From an uncultured Nitrososphaerota archaeon (lineage in GTDB: Archaea; Korarchaeota; Korarchaeia; Korarchaeales; Korarchaeaceae), in contig CAZUBM010000022.1 in assembly GCA_964618805.1 (NCBI GenBank), forward strand, positions 1-33,269: DNA of 33,269 bases, read 5' to 3'. Both the position numbers and the translations under genes were made by a program. This document shows positions 1 to 9,378 of this stretch, one piece after another. Position 1 is the stretch's first letter. Every line of letters starts with the position of its first letter. The notes beneath the pieces were generated by a model. It saw nothing but the letters and a program-made list of their open reading frames with translations. It was not told where the DNA came from and did not search any database.

Positions 1-126
1 AAAGATAAAGCCGTGTTTAAAGCTTACGTATTAAAGAGCGTGGGGATTATAGAATTTCTATCAGGCTGAGAGATATTTAAACAAATGTCAAAGATTTATT
101 TATGAACAGGATTCTGTAATGAGGAA

Positions 127-351
127 ATGGAAGATTTACTGAAAAGAATAGAGATTAACCCGGAAAAGCTTTTGGGAAAGCCCGTAATCAAAGGTACTAG
201 AATACCAGTACATTTAATTGTAGAACTCGTTGCAGAGGGACTTTCTCCCGAGGAGATCCTCAAGGAGTACCCTGAACTGGAGTTACAGGACATAAAAGCT
301 GCTTTGTTGTACGCAGCCAAGGTTCTAGAGAGGGAGATCATTGTCTCTTAA
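127..351 (+). CDS. DUF433 family antitoxin (orphan; toxin deleted)
   Basis: GKPVIKGTRIPV...ILKEYPEL..DIKAALLYA is the DUF433 signature. Confidence 0.92.
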   Translation: MEDLLKRIEINPEKLLGKPVIKGTRIPVHLIVELVAEGLSPEEILKEYPELELQDIKAALLYAAKVLEREIIVS

Positions 352-385
352 CATTCTCACGGATAGGAGAATCAGAGTTAGATGA
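341..385 (+). pseudogene. Deletion scar of a DUF5615 PIN-like toxin
   Basis: TTG overlapping the DUF433 stop reads (M)SLNILTDRRIRVR*. RRIRVR resembles DUF5615 C-termini, so start and tail look joined by an internal deletion. Confidence 0.5.
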
Positions 386-630
386 CCTTTTTATGAAAAT
401 ACGTAAGAATAGCCCATATCATTGCAAACTTATTCAAATAATCCTCTCTTAAAGCCATTCGGTGCTCGCTGAGAAAGAGCAGACAGCGAGATATAGGAGG
501 TGAGAACGTTAGAAGGAGCTTAGAGAAAGGAACAGAGAGATTGAGACTAAGGGAATCCTATGGAAGTTTATGTTGCTGATTACCAGAATATATGCTGTTT
601 CTTCATCCATAAGGAAAGGATCTGAAACAG

Positions 631-867
631 TTAGTTGTGAAGATACTTGCTGATCTTTGAGGAGATAAAGGCTGTTATAACTAACCTATCCCCTTTCTCA
701 ACCCTATAGATTACAACTAACACCTTTTCGTTTATCTTCTTCACAGCTCTCAGTTCCTCGTTCTGGATCCGTTTATCAGGATTGTCTAGGCATCGTTCCA
801 CCATGTCTCTGCTTATTCCTCTCTCTATCATTCTTTGGACAGCGTGCAAGGTGAACCTTAAGGTCAT
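631..867 (-). CDS. DUF4258 family RelE-like toxin
   Basis: FTLHAVQRMIERGIS...LVVIYR...VITAF; 4-nt overlap with the DUF2283 gene. Confidence 0.85.
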   Translation of the reverse strand: MTLRFTLHAVQRMIERGISRDMVERCLDNPDKRIQNEELRAVKKINEKVLVVIYRVEKGDRLVITAFISSKISKYLHN

Positions 868-1082
868 GGGCTCACCAGCGTCTCGATGCCCTCCCTAATC
901 ACCCTGCCGAGATCTATCCCTGACTTGGAGAAATTCAAGATCTCGACTCCTATAACTCCTTCATCGTCAAGATCCACTATGACTCCCTCCCTTATCTCCG
1001 TGCTCTCCTTGACTTTACCTTCTCTTATTCTAATGTATAAGGCATCAGCCACCTTGTCATAGCTAATGATTAGTCGGTTCAC
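864..1082 (-). CDS. DUF2283 family antitoxin
   Basis: YDKVADALYI...VDLDDEGVIGVEILN motif. Confidence 0.9.
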   Translation of the reverse strand: MNRLIISYDKVADALYIRIREGKVKESTEIREGVIVDLDDEGVIGVEILNFSKSGIDLGRVIREGIETLVSP

Positions 1083-1260
1083 TTATGATCCCCTTTATTC
1101 AATTTTTCGAATATCCTAATTAACTATCGCCTTCGATATTCTCATGAATTTTTTAGCAACGCGCCAACCGTGCCTTAAGCTACTTCGAATGTAAACACGG
1201 CTGTAGTGTGTCCTAAGATGCTATAAGTTTTATATCTCTCGTACAAACAAAAATTGGATA

Positions 1261-1572
1261 ATGATGGAAGAAAGCACAATGATAGTCAAAAAAGAAGGGA
1301 TCTGCGGAGGATCAGCGAGGATAGCTGGGACGAGAATAGCTGTCTGGGAGGTAGTGTCTTGGCATAAGCTAGGCTGGAGCGAGGAAAAGATAGCAAGAGA
1401 GCTTTGTTTAAGGCCAGAGCAAGTTAAAGCAGCCCTAAAGTACTATGAGAGGCACAAGGAAGAGATAGGTGGTGAGATAGAGCAAGCAGAGACGTTAGAG
1501 GAGGAACTTAGCGAAAAGAGCAGAGAGGCTATAGAGAAATTAAAAGCTAAAAGGAGGGCAATGAGGGTTTAA
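1261..1572 (+). CDS. DUF433 family antitoxin
   Basis: ICGGSARIAGTRIAVWEVV...QVKAALKYY; TTTTATAT TATA-like box about 30 nt upstream. Confidence 0.9.
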   Translation: MMEESTMIVKKEGICGGSARIAGTRIAVWEVVSWHKLGWSEEKIARELCLRPEQVKAALKYYERHKEEIGGEIEQAETLEEELSEKSREAIEKLKAKRRAMRV

Positions 1573-1573
1573 T

Positions 1574-1780
1574 TTGCTTATTACCAAGCTATACGCTGAC
1601 GAGGATGTCCCTCTCCCCCTAATTAAAGCCTTAAGGAAATTAGGAGTTGACATCTTGAGGGCTCAAGAGGTAGGGCTCGTCGGAGCTAAAGACGAGGAGC
1701 AGCTGGTATGGGCTATAAGAATGGGTAGGGCCTTGCTCACCTTTAATATAAGGGATTTTCCAGCATTACAGTCAAGGTAA
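1574..1780 (+). pseudogene. DUF5615 PIN-like toxin, 3'-truncated
   Basis: KLYADEDVP...LRKLGVD...DEEQL...LLTFNIRDF, stopping at 68 aa where a HicB fragment begins. Confidence 0.8.
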
Positions 1781-1868
1781 GACTGTAGAGGAGGCATTAA
1801 AGAACCTGAAGGAGGCGATAGAGCTTTATCTAGAGGAAGATTCTGAAGCTAAAAACATCTGTTGTTAA
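1770..1868 (+). pseudogene. HicB/UPF0150 C-terminal fragment
   Basis: Reads SQGKTVEEALKNLKEAIELYLEEDSEA with no start codon. Confidence 0.8.
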
Positions 1869-1871
1869 AAT

Positions 1872-2741
1872 TCATTTTCTGAACCACCTCTTTTTGGCTA
1901 TTCTAAGATCTTTATCGCCAGCTTTGTTGCGGGGAAAGAGAAGATACGAGACAGCCCTTATCTTCCTATTATATCTTTTTAAGAAATTGAGACCTCCCCA
2001 AGATTCGAACTCATTGCTCATTTCTCTATAAACCAGCTCTGTAAGTCTTTCTTGTTTTTTCTCTTGAAGCCATCTTAAATAAGCATCCATTTTCTCAAGT
2101 TGTATTCTTGCAATTTCATACCCTTGCTCTAATCGTCTTCTTAGCAAGAAGTATGTTCTCCAGAATTCTTTTGGCGGCTTTATATCGGGGTCCTTTGGTT
2201 CTACTTCTCTCTCAGCGAGAGCATAAATTATTGGTGGAGGCTTTGTCATCTCAAGATATTCTCCTTCTCTGCAGAATTTCTTGTAAGCGCACCTTGAACA
2301 AATAGAACTAACTGGTTTTACAGAAGGAAGTACATTTTCGACAAGAGCTGCTCTCTTAATCTTCCAGATTTCTACTCCTATCTCCCTAAAATTAGGGATT
2401 ACTTCATTGAATTCCTCTACAGTCCCATATCTTGGGTTTATTAGTAAGGACTTTACAGGCCTGGCAAGCCTCATACCCCTAAAAGTTAAACCACTCAATT
2501 CCAAATCTCTGAGAAGAGAGTTATAAAATAGCAAATCTTCCTTCCCATCTTTAATTGAGCGTTTTAAATCTTTAGACGTTTTAATTTCGATAAGAACAGG
2601 CCCTTCGGCCGTCTCAAGCAAATAGTCTGGTGCTGAGAAGGAGCAGATGTCTTTGTTTATTAATCGGGGCTTGTACACTTCAAGGATCTCTGGTAGCTTC
2701 TCAGCAAGAATTCCAGCAGTCTTAAAGAATGATTTCTTCAT
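1872..2741 (-). CDS. Cas4-like PD-(D/E)XK nuclease, catalytic and C-terminal part
   Basis: APDYLL...LIEIKT (PD..ExK) and CSRCAYKKFC (CxxCxxxxxC). Becomes in-frame with 2722-3192 if one A is removed from the A8 run at 2745-2752. Confidence 0.8.
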   Translation of the reverse strand: MKKSFFKTAGILAEKLPEILEVYKPRLINKDICSFSAPDYLLETAEGPVLIEIKTSKDLKRSIKDGKEDLLFYNSLLRDLELSGLTFRGMRLARPVKSLLINPRYGTVEEFNEVIPNFREIGVEIWKIKRAALVENVLPSVKPVSSICSRCAYKKFCREGEYLEMTKPPPIIYALAEREVEPKDPDIKPPKEFWRTYFLLRRRLEQGYEIARIQLEKMDAYLRWLQEKKQERLTELVYREMSNEFESWGGLNFLKRYNRKIRAVSYLLFPRNKAGDKDLRIAKKRWFRK

Positions 2742-3192
2742 ATGTTTTTTTTAACTCTTCCATATACTTTTCGTAGTAATCTGATAGAGATGTGGAGGCG
2801 GTCTTCTCAACATAAATAGCTTTCTTAACTAGGACATCAATTACTTTTTCCTCCTCTTCTTCCTCTCCAGCTGTTAAATTCTGTATTTCTGAGGCCTCTA
2901 CCATAGCTCTCTTTAGCAACTGAGATTCAGAAATTTCTTCTTTTTCTCTTGATTTTAAGTCCTGAAAAGAAGCTATAATTTCAAGTATCTCTTCAGTTAA
3001 TTTCTCGCCAGCCATCCCTATGAAGTATGAGGGAGGTGGTGGGATTTCTTTTCTCTCTATCTGTCTTGTTTTAAAACCTAGTACTTTGAGCGCTATTCGC
3101 TTGAGACATCTCAAATAGTCTTTGAAATCCTCACGATTTACTGTAAATCTGAAATTTAAAGGATAGAATTCATTAGGTCTCTTTTCATCCAT
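2722..3192 (-). CDS. N-terminal part of the Cas4-like nuclease
   Basis: DFKDYLRCLKR (first Fe-S Cys motif) and the IGMAGE helix; overlaps the downstream ORF at a homopolymer run. Confidence 0.65.
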   Translation of the reverse strand: MDEKRPNEFYPLNFRFTVNREDFKDYLRCLKRIALKVLGFKTRQIERKEIPPPPSYFIGMAGEKLTEEILEIIASFQDLKSREKEEISESQLLKRAMVEASEIQNLTAGEEEEEEKVIDVLVKKAIYVEKTASTSLSDYYEKYMEELKKTYEEIIL

Positions 3193-3377
3193 TAACTAAT
3201 CCCTCTTATAGGGCATCTTTTTCAACAATAATTCTGCTAAGGAGTAAATTGAAAACATTTTTTGATATAGTTTTTTCCCTGCTGCTGTAGCCTATCACTT
3301 ATTCTTATCCAATAATCACTAAGTCCAATAGATTCACAGAGCGAACCATAATTAAATAGTGAGAATCTTTATACAAG

Positions 3378-4874
3378 ATGTCAACTGAACCCGAATCCAG
3401 AGTCAAAGAGTTAGAGGGTTCCCTAAAAGATCTCAAGTTAATTGGGGTTGTTGGCAGCACGACTTTCACAACTCAAGCTCCTTTAATCCTAGTTGAAGGT
3501 ATGGAAAGAGAAGTTAGAGAGGAGGATCTTGTCGTTATCAAAAACCTAAATGGTGGCCTGATACTTGCAGTATGTCGTGAGGGAGCTGGCATAAACGACA
3601 ACTTAAGAGTTGGTTCTTACAGCCCAGGGGTAGCATACGTAAGGGCTACAGGCAGAAGTCCCTCGAGCGCAAAGGAGAGCTACCACTTCATCCTATCGTT
3701 CATTGGCCTAATAGAAGAAGATGGTATGAAAACAAATGATCTGCTTGTTGCTCCTGGATCCCCCGTCTACCTGTTCAGAGGATCGGAACACAACCCCTTG
3801 GAGTACATAAGACCGAAGAAATGCGTGGTTGGAGGTCATTTAATTGGAGAAAGAAGCTGGAGTGTTCCATTTGATTCTACGTTCATACCTTATCACGTAG
3901 GGGTTTTTGGAGCAACAGGTTCAGGGAAATCCTTTTTGGCAAGATATCTGCTCATACCACTTCTAAAAGAGGCTGGTTATGGTGTTTTGGTGCTTGATTG
4001 GGCAGGAGTTGATTATGCACCATATCTTGAAAAGGTAATACCTGTGGTTGAAATAGAGTGCGATCCTGACTCCATCATATCTTACATCATAGAGAAGACT
4101 AGGAATTTCGGATATAAGACGGAATCTGCCACCATAATTGCTCCACTAGAGAACACGATAATTCACGAGTGGAAAGATCTCCTCAAGCATAAGGATGGTG
4201 AGTATGTACGCAACGAATTAAAGAGGCGCATTAAGGAGAAGATACAAGGCGATAGAGAATATGATAGGCTGAGGGACTACGAAAAGCTGGCAATAAGCAG
4301 GGTAGAAAGCGGGTTCGAAAAGATCTCGGCAGAAGAAATGGAGACTCTGATGGGCGAAAAGAAGGTAAGCGAAATACTGCCTTCCTCTAAAGAAGTTTGC
4401 GTAATTGATATGCATGGAGTTGAGGCATCGAGAAAGCTCTCGTTTTTCCTTACCTTGGCGGAACATCTTCTCTCTGAGATGAGCAAGGGCAAAGATCTAA
4501 ATCTGGCCCTAGTTATAGATGAAGGACCACAGTACTGCCCTTTCGAGCCTAAAGGCCTTCAGTATTACACTACAGAGAAGATAAAGAACATGTGCGCTTT
4601 AGGAAGGAAGCACCAGCTTTGCATGGTCCTAATCTCGCAGGGGATAGCTGGAGAGATAGGGATAAATGCTGCAGTTAGGAGGAACCTTAACACGTGGTTC
4701 ATAGGACAAATACACCCGATAGACTTAGAGGAGGCTGGTAAGAGGTTATCTCCTTATGGTATAAGGCCAGAGACTCTCCTTTACCTAGATCCAGGGGAGT
4801 TCTACTTCATTGGTAAGATGAACCCATCGCCTACACCCCTCTTAATATCCTTCGAGATAGAGGAGGGAGCCTAG
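3378..4874 (+). CDS. herA: HerA/FtsK-family helicase ATPase (DUF87)
   Basis: N-terminal barrel, HVGVFGATGSGKS Walker A, VLDW, LVIDEG Walker B, GRK arginine finger, ISQ motif. Confidence 0.9.
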   Translation: MSTEPESRVKELEGSLKDLKLIGVVGSTTFTTQAPLILVEGMEREVREEDLVVIKNLNGGLILAVCREGAGINDNLRVGSYSPGVAYVRATGRSPSSAKESYHFILSFIGLIEEDGMKTNDLLVAPGSPVYLFRGSEHNPLEYIRPKKCVVGGHLIGERSWSVPFDSTFIPYHVGVFGATGSGKSFLARYLLIPLLKEAGYGVLVLDWAGVDYAPYLEKVIPVVEIECDPDSIISYIIEKTRNFGYKTESATIIAPLENTIIHEWKDLLKHKDGEYVRNELKRRIKEKIQGDREYDRLRDYEKLAISRVESGFEKISAEEMETLMGEKKVSEILPSSKEVCVIDMHGVEASRKLSFFLTLAEHLLSEMSKGKDLNLALVIDEGPQYCPFEPKGLQYYTTEKIKNMCALGRKHQLCMVLISQGIAGEIGINAAVRRNLNTWFIGQIHPIDLEEAGKRLSPYGIRPETLLYLDPGEFYFIGKMNPSPTPLLISFEIEEGA

Positions 4875-6068
4875 TTGGAAGAAAATCCATTATTGCTGCT
4901 TCCAAGGCCAATAGTTGAGGCTTTATTCGAGAGCGCTGATAAGGAAGCTGGAAGAATAATGCAAAGGCTGAGAAAGCTAGAGAAATCGATAGAAGGGATA
5001 AAAGAGCTATTTAGGTTCACTAAGATATCTGGTGAGAAATATGGGCGTGTTGTTGCTGCAGATGGGGCAATGTCCTCGGGTCCAAGTAGCAGGTTGGGTT
5101 CTGGATTTGCTATTTATACTGCTGGTCACATGGCGTTCGACGGTAAAGAGCTGGTAGGAGAAAGGTATTATGCTGGCTCTCTAAGTTGGATCGAGGACAG
5201 AAAATCCTTCAAGGCACTTCTCAAGTTGCTTATGGCTTATGCTGAGAGGAAAGCTGCCTTAGAAGCTTATGAGACATACGGACCAGATTACATACTGCTT
5301 GATGGTCCATTCTTCTACTTTAGAGGGGGTTGTAGATACCTAAGGGCTGTTAAGATAGGCGTTGATGGAATAGAAACCGGATTGGATCTGATAAGGCGTG
5401 TAAGGGACATGACTTTAGAGCTAATGAGAACGGGGAAAGCGGTATGCGTAATCAGGAGGAGCCTTATAAGAGCAATAGATGGTTGGCTTCTCTACAATTA
5501 TGGGGAGGAATCATGTCTAAGAGCCAGGGATAAGCATATTTTGACGTTATTAATGCCTCCAAACTCTATCTGGGCGTATAAAGATTTGTTGGGCGAGGAG
5601 GGAGCGTTGCTATACGCTACGTTCTATCGGTTTTATAGAAGGTGGAGGCAAGAGGGTAGATCTCCTAGGATGCTCATGGATATGAAAGAAGACTTAATGG
5701 AACAGTCGAGGAGGGACTGGAGTAGGAAGTTCCTCTTAGATCTGGACATAGAAATTAGCAAGGTTCCTAAAACTGAGAGATATTACGTCCGTTACTCTTC
5801 TGAAGCCCCTCCTTTCGAGGTGGAAGTTGTTGAGGGCACGGATGTATCTGACTTCGCTCGTTACTTCTTAGGATTCAATAACCAAGCGACTGGCCTGCCT
5901 TTTCCAGTAGATCTGATAGATGGTATGGTATCGCTTCCTCGAGGATCAACAACGGCCTTTACCAGAGAGGTTGAGGCTAGACTTATCAGAGAGCGTAGCA
6001 TTCCAAACAAGGCTGCAATCTCTTGCTACTTTACCTATCTAAACCCGCAGAAGGAGGAATTTATCTAA
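4875..6068 (+). CDS. nurA: NurA-family nuclease
   Basis: VVAADG, AER, ILLDGP motifs and C-terminal GLPFPVDLID; abuts herA. Confidence 0.85.
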   Translation: MEENPLLLLPRPIVEALFESADKEAGRIMQRLRKLEKSIEGIKELFRFTKISGEKYGRVVAADGAMSSGPSSRLGSGFAIYTAGHMAFDGKELVGERYYAGSLSWIEDRKSFKALLKLLMAYAERKAALEAYETYGPDYILLDGPFFYFRGGCRYLRAVKIGVDGIETGLDLIRRVRDMTLELMRTGKAVCVIRRSLIRAIDGWLLYNYGEESCLRARDKHILTLLMPPNSIWAYKDLLGEEGALLYATFYRFYRRWRQEGRSPRMLMDMKEDLMEQSRRDWSRKFLLDLDIEISKVPKTERYYVRYSSEAPPFEVEVVEGTDVSDFARYFLGFNNQATGLPFPVDLIDGMVSLPRGSTTAFTREVEARLIRERSIPNKAAISCYFTYLNPQKEEFI

Positions 6069-6189
6069 TAGCTATTTCCGCTTAATGCTATCATAACAGA
6101 CCTGTTAGAGCAGATATTACCAAACTTACGTTATATCTGATTCATGAGACTAGTGAGGTTTTATTGTTAATTAGTTAAACGAAAAGCTT

Positions 6190-6543
6190 ATGAGTACTAG
6201 CCACTATGGCTATAGTGGTATGGGGATAGTACTACAAACTCCAAAGGAACCTCGTGAGATAAAGGACCTCATTAAGAGCGTCCGCTCTAGGCTTGGAGCT
6301 AATAGGAGCATAAAATACGACAGCTTTGCTATCTGGTCCTTCAACCAATTGCCAAAATACCTTTGGCAATCGTGGAAAGAGATATTGAGGGAAAATAAAG
6401 TTTCCTGGCAGGATTTTCTTGCTATCCTCAAGTTACATACCAAAGACATGATAGATTGGGCCCTTTACGATAGGATAAGCTGGGAAGAGCTAGTAAGCAG
6501 GATAACGGAAACGATCGCTCAAAACTTTGAGGAGGAGGTCTGA
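6190..6543 (+). CDS. Small Trp-rich helical protein of unknown function (start may be 6220)
   Basis: Clean 117-aa ORF co-oriented between nurA and the MTase; no family recognised. Confidence 0.7.
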   Translation: MSTSHYGYSGMGIVLQTPKEPREIKDLIKSVRSRLGANRSIKYDSFAIWSFNQLPKYLWQSWKEILRENKVSWQDFLAILKLHTKDMIDWALYDRISWEELVSRITETIAQNFEEEV

Positions 6544-6643
6544 TGAAGAGCATTCCTTTCTTTCTGTCAAGTGAAAACTGCTCTGGCACAGTAGCTACAA
6601 TATACGCAATAGCTCCCTTAGCTAAAAATAAAGGGGGTTGTAG

Positions 6644-7624
6644 ATGCAGGAGATAGAAAGAGAGGTTGCCACCCATCTTAGCCGAGAGGATCTCAAGTGG
6701 CTACTTCAGCGACTTGCAGATAGGCCAGAAAGAGAGGTTGTAATGATAGCAAAGGATCCAACTCTCTGCTCAAGAGTTGAAGAAATTGTTTCGAAAATAC
6801 CTACATGGCATAAACTGTACTTAGGTGACGCTAGAAACCTAAACATGATCAAAGATAAGACAGTGCATCTTATCGTTACATCTCCGCCCTACTGGACCAT
6901 CAAAAAGTACAAGCCATTAGAAGGACAATTGGGAGTTATTAGGGACTATACTAAGTTCTTAGAAGAGTTACGTAAAGCATGGAGTGAGGCTTATCGCGTA
7001 TTAGTGCCTGGAGGCAGGTTAGTTGTCGTAGTTGGTGATATCCTTCTCCCCAGAAGAAGAGAAGGAAGGCACATGGTGATCCCCCTTCATGCTGACATCC
7101 AGAGGCAGTGCGTAGACCTGGGCTTTGAGAACCTTGCACCTATAATCTGGTACAAGATCGGGAACGTCAGCAGAGAGGTTGCAGGCAGAGGTTTCTTGGG
7201 GAAGCCTTATCAGCCCAACGCCATCGTGAAGAACGACATAGAGTACATACTGATGTTTAGGAAACCAGGATATAGGAGCGTATCTCGCGCGAGGATGAAG
7301 CTAAGCGTAATTCCGGAGGAGAAGTTCAAGGAATGGTTTGTTCAAGTCTGGACAATACCAGGAGCCTCTACAACAAAGCATCCGGCGCCTTTCCCACTAG
7401 AGCTTGCTGAAAGGTTAGTTAGGATGTTCAGTTTCGTTGGAGATGTCGTGCTGGATCCGTTTGTGGGGACAGGAACCACAATGGTGGCAGCAGCTAAGTG
7501 GGGAAGGAACAGCATAGGAGTGGAGATAGATCCCGACTTCGTGAGTCTGGCTTGGGAAAGGGTCAGGAAGGAGACGGTATCGTTATTTGGAAGGGCTGAG
7601 TTAGAACTCCACGGGTTGCAATGA
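6644..7624 (+). CDS. Beta-class N4/N6 DNA methyltransferase (probably m4C)
   Basis: TSPPY motif IV precedes HPAPFP and LDPFVGTGTT motif I; GVEID. Confidence 0.93.
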   Translation: MQEIEREVATHLSREDLKWLLQRLADRPEREVVMIAKDPTLCSRVEEIVSKIPTWHKLYLGDARNLNMIKDKTVHLIVTSPPYWTIKKYKPLEGQLGVIRDYTKFLEELRKAWSEAYRVLVPGGRLVVVVGDILLPRRREGRHMVIPLHADIQRQCVDLGFENLAPIIWYKIGNVSREVAGRGFLGKPYQPNAIVKNDIEYILMFRKPGYRSVSRARMKLSVIPEEKFKEWFVQVWTIPGASTTKHPAPFPLELAERLVRMFSFVGDVVLDPFVGTGTTMVAAAKWGRNSIGVEIDPDFVSLAWERVRKETVSLFGRAELELHGLQ

Positions 7625-8337
7625 GCGATCCTTTTGATGCTTGGGGAAGGCTAAACAGAAATATAGTTGAGGAGAGACTCTCTTTTACATCTATACAAGA
7701 GGAGCTACTTCGGATATTATGGAGGTTAGATGAACGTTGGAAGAAGGGGGCAGTAGATCAGGGTCTTTACAGGCAGAAGGGCAACTACTATCGGGACACG
7801 ATAATTTCTCTCATAAGGGCAAGATGCCTGCTTCAGGGGGTTGATGTAGTGTTAAAGGAAAGAACGCTTCAGGGAAGGACAGATGTACACAAGGTGGATT
7901 TCGCCTTTCCTGAGTCTGGCGACCCCATTGTAGCTGGAGAAGTCAAAGCAATAGGAAGTCCGCCACACGAATCATATCCTGAGCGGCCAATCGGCATAGA
8001 TGTAGATAAGAGGATAAAGGAAGTAAAGTACACTCCTGTGGATCTCAAGAGGAGGACAGATCCAACCATCTCTAAGCCATGGCAAGAATGGGTGAAGCGC
8101 ACAAAACCTAAGTTTTACGTATTTTGGATAATGAGAAGAGGTGTCCGGAATTCTGTGGATAAGATCTTGAGTAAGGTGGCTTCAATCCTCGAGTACGCTA
8201 ATGGCGTGTCGGCGGTGATTTATGAGGAGCGAGAGGGATCATACGTATACATCTTTACTGGTGGGCACGGAATAAGCGCAGTGGATGGCCTTGTTAGGGA
8301 AATATGTACTGAAATATTCTCCAATTTATCTCTCTAA
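7621..8337 (+). CDS. Putative type II restriction endonuclease, PD-(D/E)XK
   Basis: HKVDFAF...AGEVKA; ATGA overlap with the MTase. Confidence 0.72.
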   Translation: MSDPFDAWGRLNRNIVEERLSFTSIQEELLRILWRLDERWKKGAVDQGLYRQKGNYYRDTIISLIRARCLLQGVDVVLKERTLQGRTDVHKVDFAFPESGDPIVAGEVKAIGSPPHESYPERPIGIDVDKRIKEVKYTPVDLKRRTDPTISKPWQEWVKRTKPKFYVFWIMRRGVRNSVDKILSKVASILEYANGVSAVIYEEREGSYVYIFTGGHGISAVDGLVREICTEIFSNLSL

Positions 8338-8425
8338 TTTGGATCTAAAGAATGAAAGATAGGAACTATCTCGCTTTTTCTAACAATAATCAGTAAAGTC
8401 CGAGGCTTAAAGTCTACAAGAGATC

Positions 8426-9030
8426 TTATAAGGACTCTATCTTGATTAAAAGATACTTGAAGATACCGTTTTTTCTTTTCAATTCTGAGTAATTTCTCCA
8501 GTTGAATTTATACCTCCTTTTCAAGATTATTGGATCTTCTCTGCCCTCCATGGTTCCTTTACTTGTTCCCTCCCCCACCTTAGTGCCTTTTTACTTTCTG
8601 GGATAACTCTCCCATCGTGTATTCTGAAATCCTTGTCATAAGTGTCACGTTTTCTCGGAGATACCCAATACAACGGATCGTTTGTAAGGAAGATAGCATA
8701 ACCAACAGCCTTTGGAAGTTTCTCAACGCACTCTTCAAGTCTTGATAGATCCTTCATGAAGTCATACCTGCCAACATCGTTGGCTGATTGGTTCTTCAAC
8801 CTAAATCGTTCATGATCTATTTCTATTTCAACCTCTCTTGTCTTGTACTTCAATTCTATTAGTGCCATGTTTTTCCTATCATCTTGAAGGAAAATGTCAA
8901 TGTAAATTTCCTTGTTATCCAACTCAATTCTTCTTTCAGGCCTTATATTCACATTTGGATGCTTTTCATGTATTTCTTCAAAAGCTAACCATATTGAAAG
9001 AAATACACTTCAGAAAAGTTGGCAATTTCT
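8426..9030 (-). pseudogene. Frameshifted PD-(D/E)XK nuclease (core ORF 8527-8952)
   Basis: YIDIF...LIELKYKT, RYDFMKDLSRLE, AIFLTND. The C-terminus EGTSKGTMEGREDPIIL...FKYLLIKI continues in another frame after a G5 run; 5' end degenerate. Confidence 0.7.
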
Positions 9031-9039
9031 TCATTCCTA

Positions 9040-9378
9040 AAAAGTCGGTCACGTTTCCTGATACGGTCTAGGATAGCCTTTATTCAGTTTTGGACATCTT
9101 CTATAGTGCCTGTTCCATCTACTTCTCAACGCCTTTTTTTGGCATAATACTCAATAAGAAGATAGGATTCTCTTTCGTATATCTCAAGTCTTATCTTAAT
9201 AACATCTTCTTTATCGTCCTCTCTTTAGTAAAGATGTCCACCACAAAAGTCGCAGATCTCATCATTTTTTGGAGGGTTGAATATGAGATGATAAATTGCG
9301 CCGCATCTCTCGCATATTCTCCTAGATGACAGACGTCTGATGAGTTCTTCCTTGTCCACCTTAAGAAAGGATCACGTG
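9040..9378 (-). pseudogene. adk: Adenylate kinase C-terminal half with zinc LID domain
   Basis: [48 protein letters not shown]...IRLEIYE...LIEYY...VDGTGTIEDV, with internal stops and no P-loop. Confidence 0.85.

Noticed and set aside
460-600. Possible IS607 resolvase remnant (RDIGG...ERL...ITRIY)
   Set aside because: Similarity is too fragmentary to support.
1872-3192. CRISPR-Cas locus suggested by the Cas4-like gene
   Set aside because: No repeat-spacer array and no cas1, cas2 or effector genes in the window.
9090-9329. 79-aa plus-strand ORF
   Set aside because: Antisense shadow of the adenylate kinase remnant.
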